Below are positions 63,795 to 64,000 of a stretch of DNA of 64,000 bases, piece by piece. Where the stretch lies: the NCBI RefSeq assembly GCF_006345805.1, contig NC_043006.1, positions 20,522,001-20,586,000 of the forward strand. Direction: 5' to 3'. The DNA is from Octopus sinensis (lineage: Eukaryota). The position numbers and the translations under genes are program-made. The notes below the pieces were generated by a model. That model was not told the DNA's origin and searched no databases. It saw only the letters and a program-made list of their open reading frames with translations. The stretch's first letter is position 1, and the number at the start of each line of letters is the position of its first letter.

Positions 63795-63968
63795 TTCTCT
63801 CCTTGTTTCTCTCCTTGTTTTTTTCTGTGTATCTTTCTGCTGAAGAGCGTAGACTCGAAACGTAAAAGACTTTTTCTATTTCTATTCCTGAGTGCTATAC
63901 TAATACATTTGTTTGTTTGTACTCCACCTGCCTTCGTCTTTTGTTTATTTTCGTAAACTTTCCCGTTA
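63795..63968 (+). mobile_element. Short Penelope-like repeat (type A) with the best-preserved hammerhead-like motif (63832-63869)
   Basis: tcttt-CTGCTGA-A-GAGC-gtag-ACTC-GAA-ACGT-A-aaaga, inserted in (TACA)n. Confidence 0.6.
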
Positions 63969-64000
63969 CATACATACATACATAAGATGTAGTATATATA

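Overview
Eukaryotic, AT-rich, repeat-saturated DNA with one 100-N assembly gap (34896-34995). The SINE, LINE and microsatellite content points to a cephalopod, probably Octopus (recognised from repeat families, not from a database search). No host protein-coding gene can be assembled with confidence, and most of the supplied ORFs are microsatellite or SINE artefacts. Retroelements I can support: four tRNA-derived SINE families, a ~3.2 kb decayed RTE-clade LINE with many 3'-end fragments, a second RTE family ending in tandem C2H2 fingers, and L1/Tx1-like and R4/Dong-like fragments. DNA elements: three Tc1/mariner relics, two non-autonomous Helitrons, and piggyBac-like, hAT-like and 8-bp-TSD (Merlin-like) MITEs. 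Candidate promoters or exons lie near 28.4-29.7, 52, 58.8-60.6 and 63 kb. The strongest leads are six short Penelope-like repeats carrying minimal hammerhead-ribozyme folds that could only work as dimers, a MITE cluster at 59.55-60.43 kb with an inverted 8-bp target duplication (reversed-ends transposition), SINEs sharing one head but three different tails, a 7x tandem array of Pol III B-boxes, and an interleaved double inverted repeat near 14 kb.
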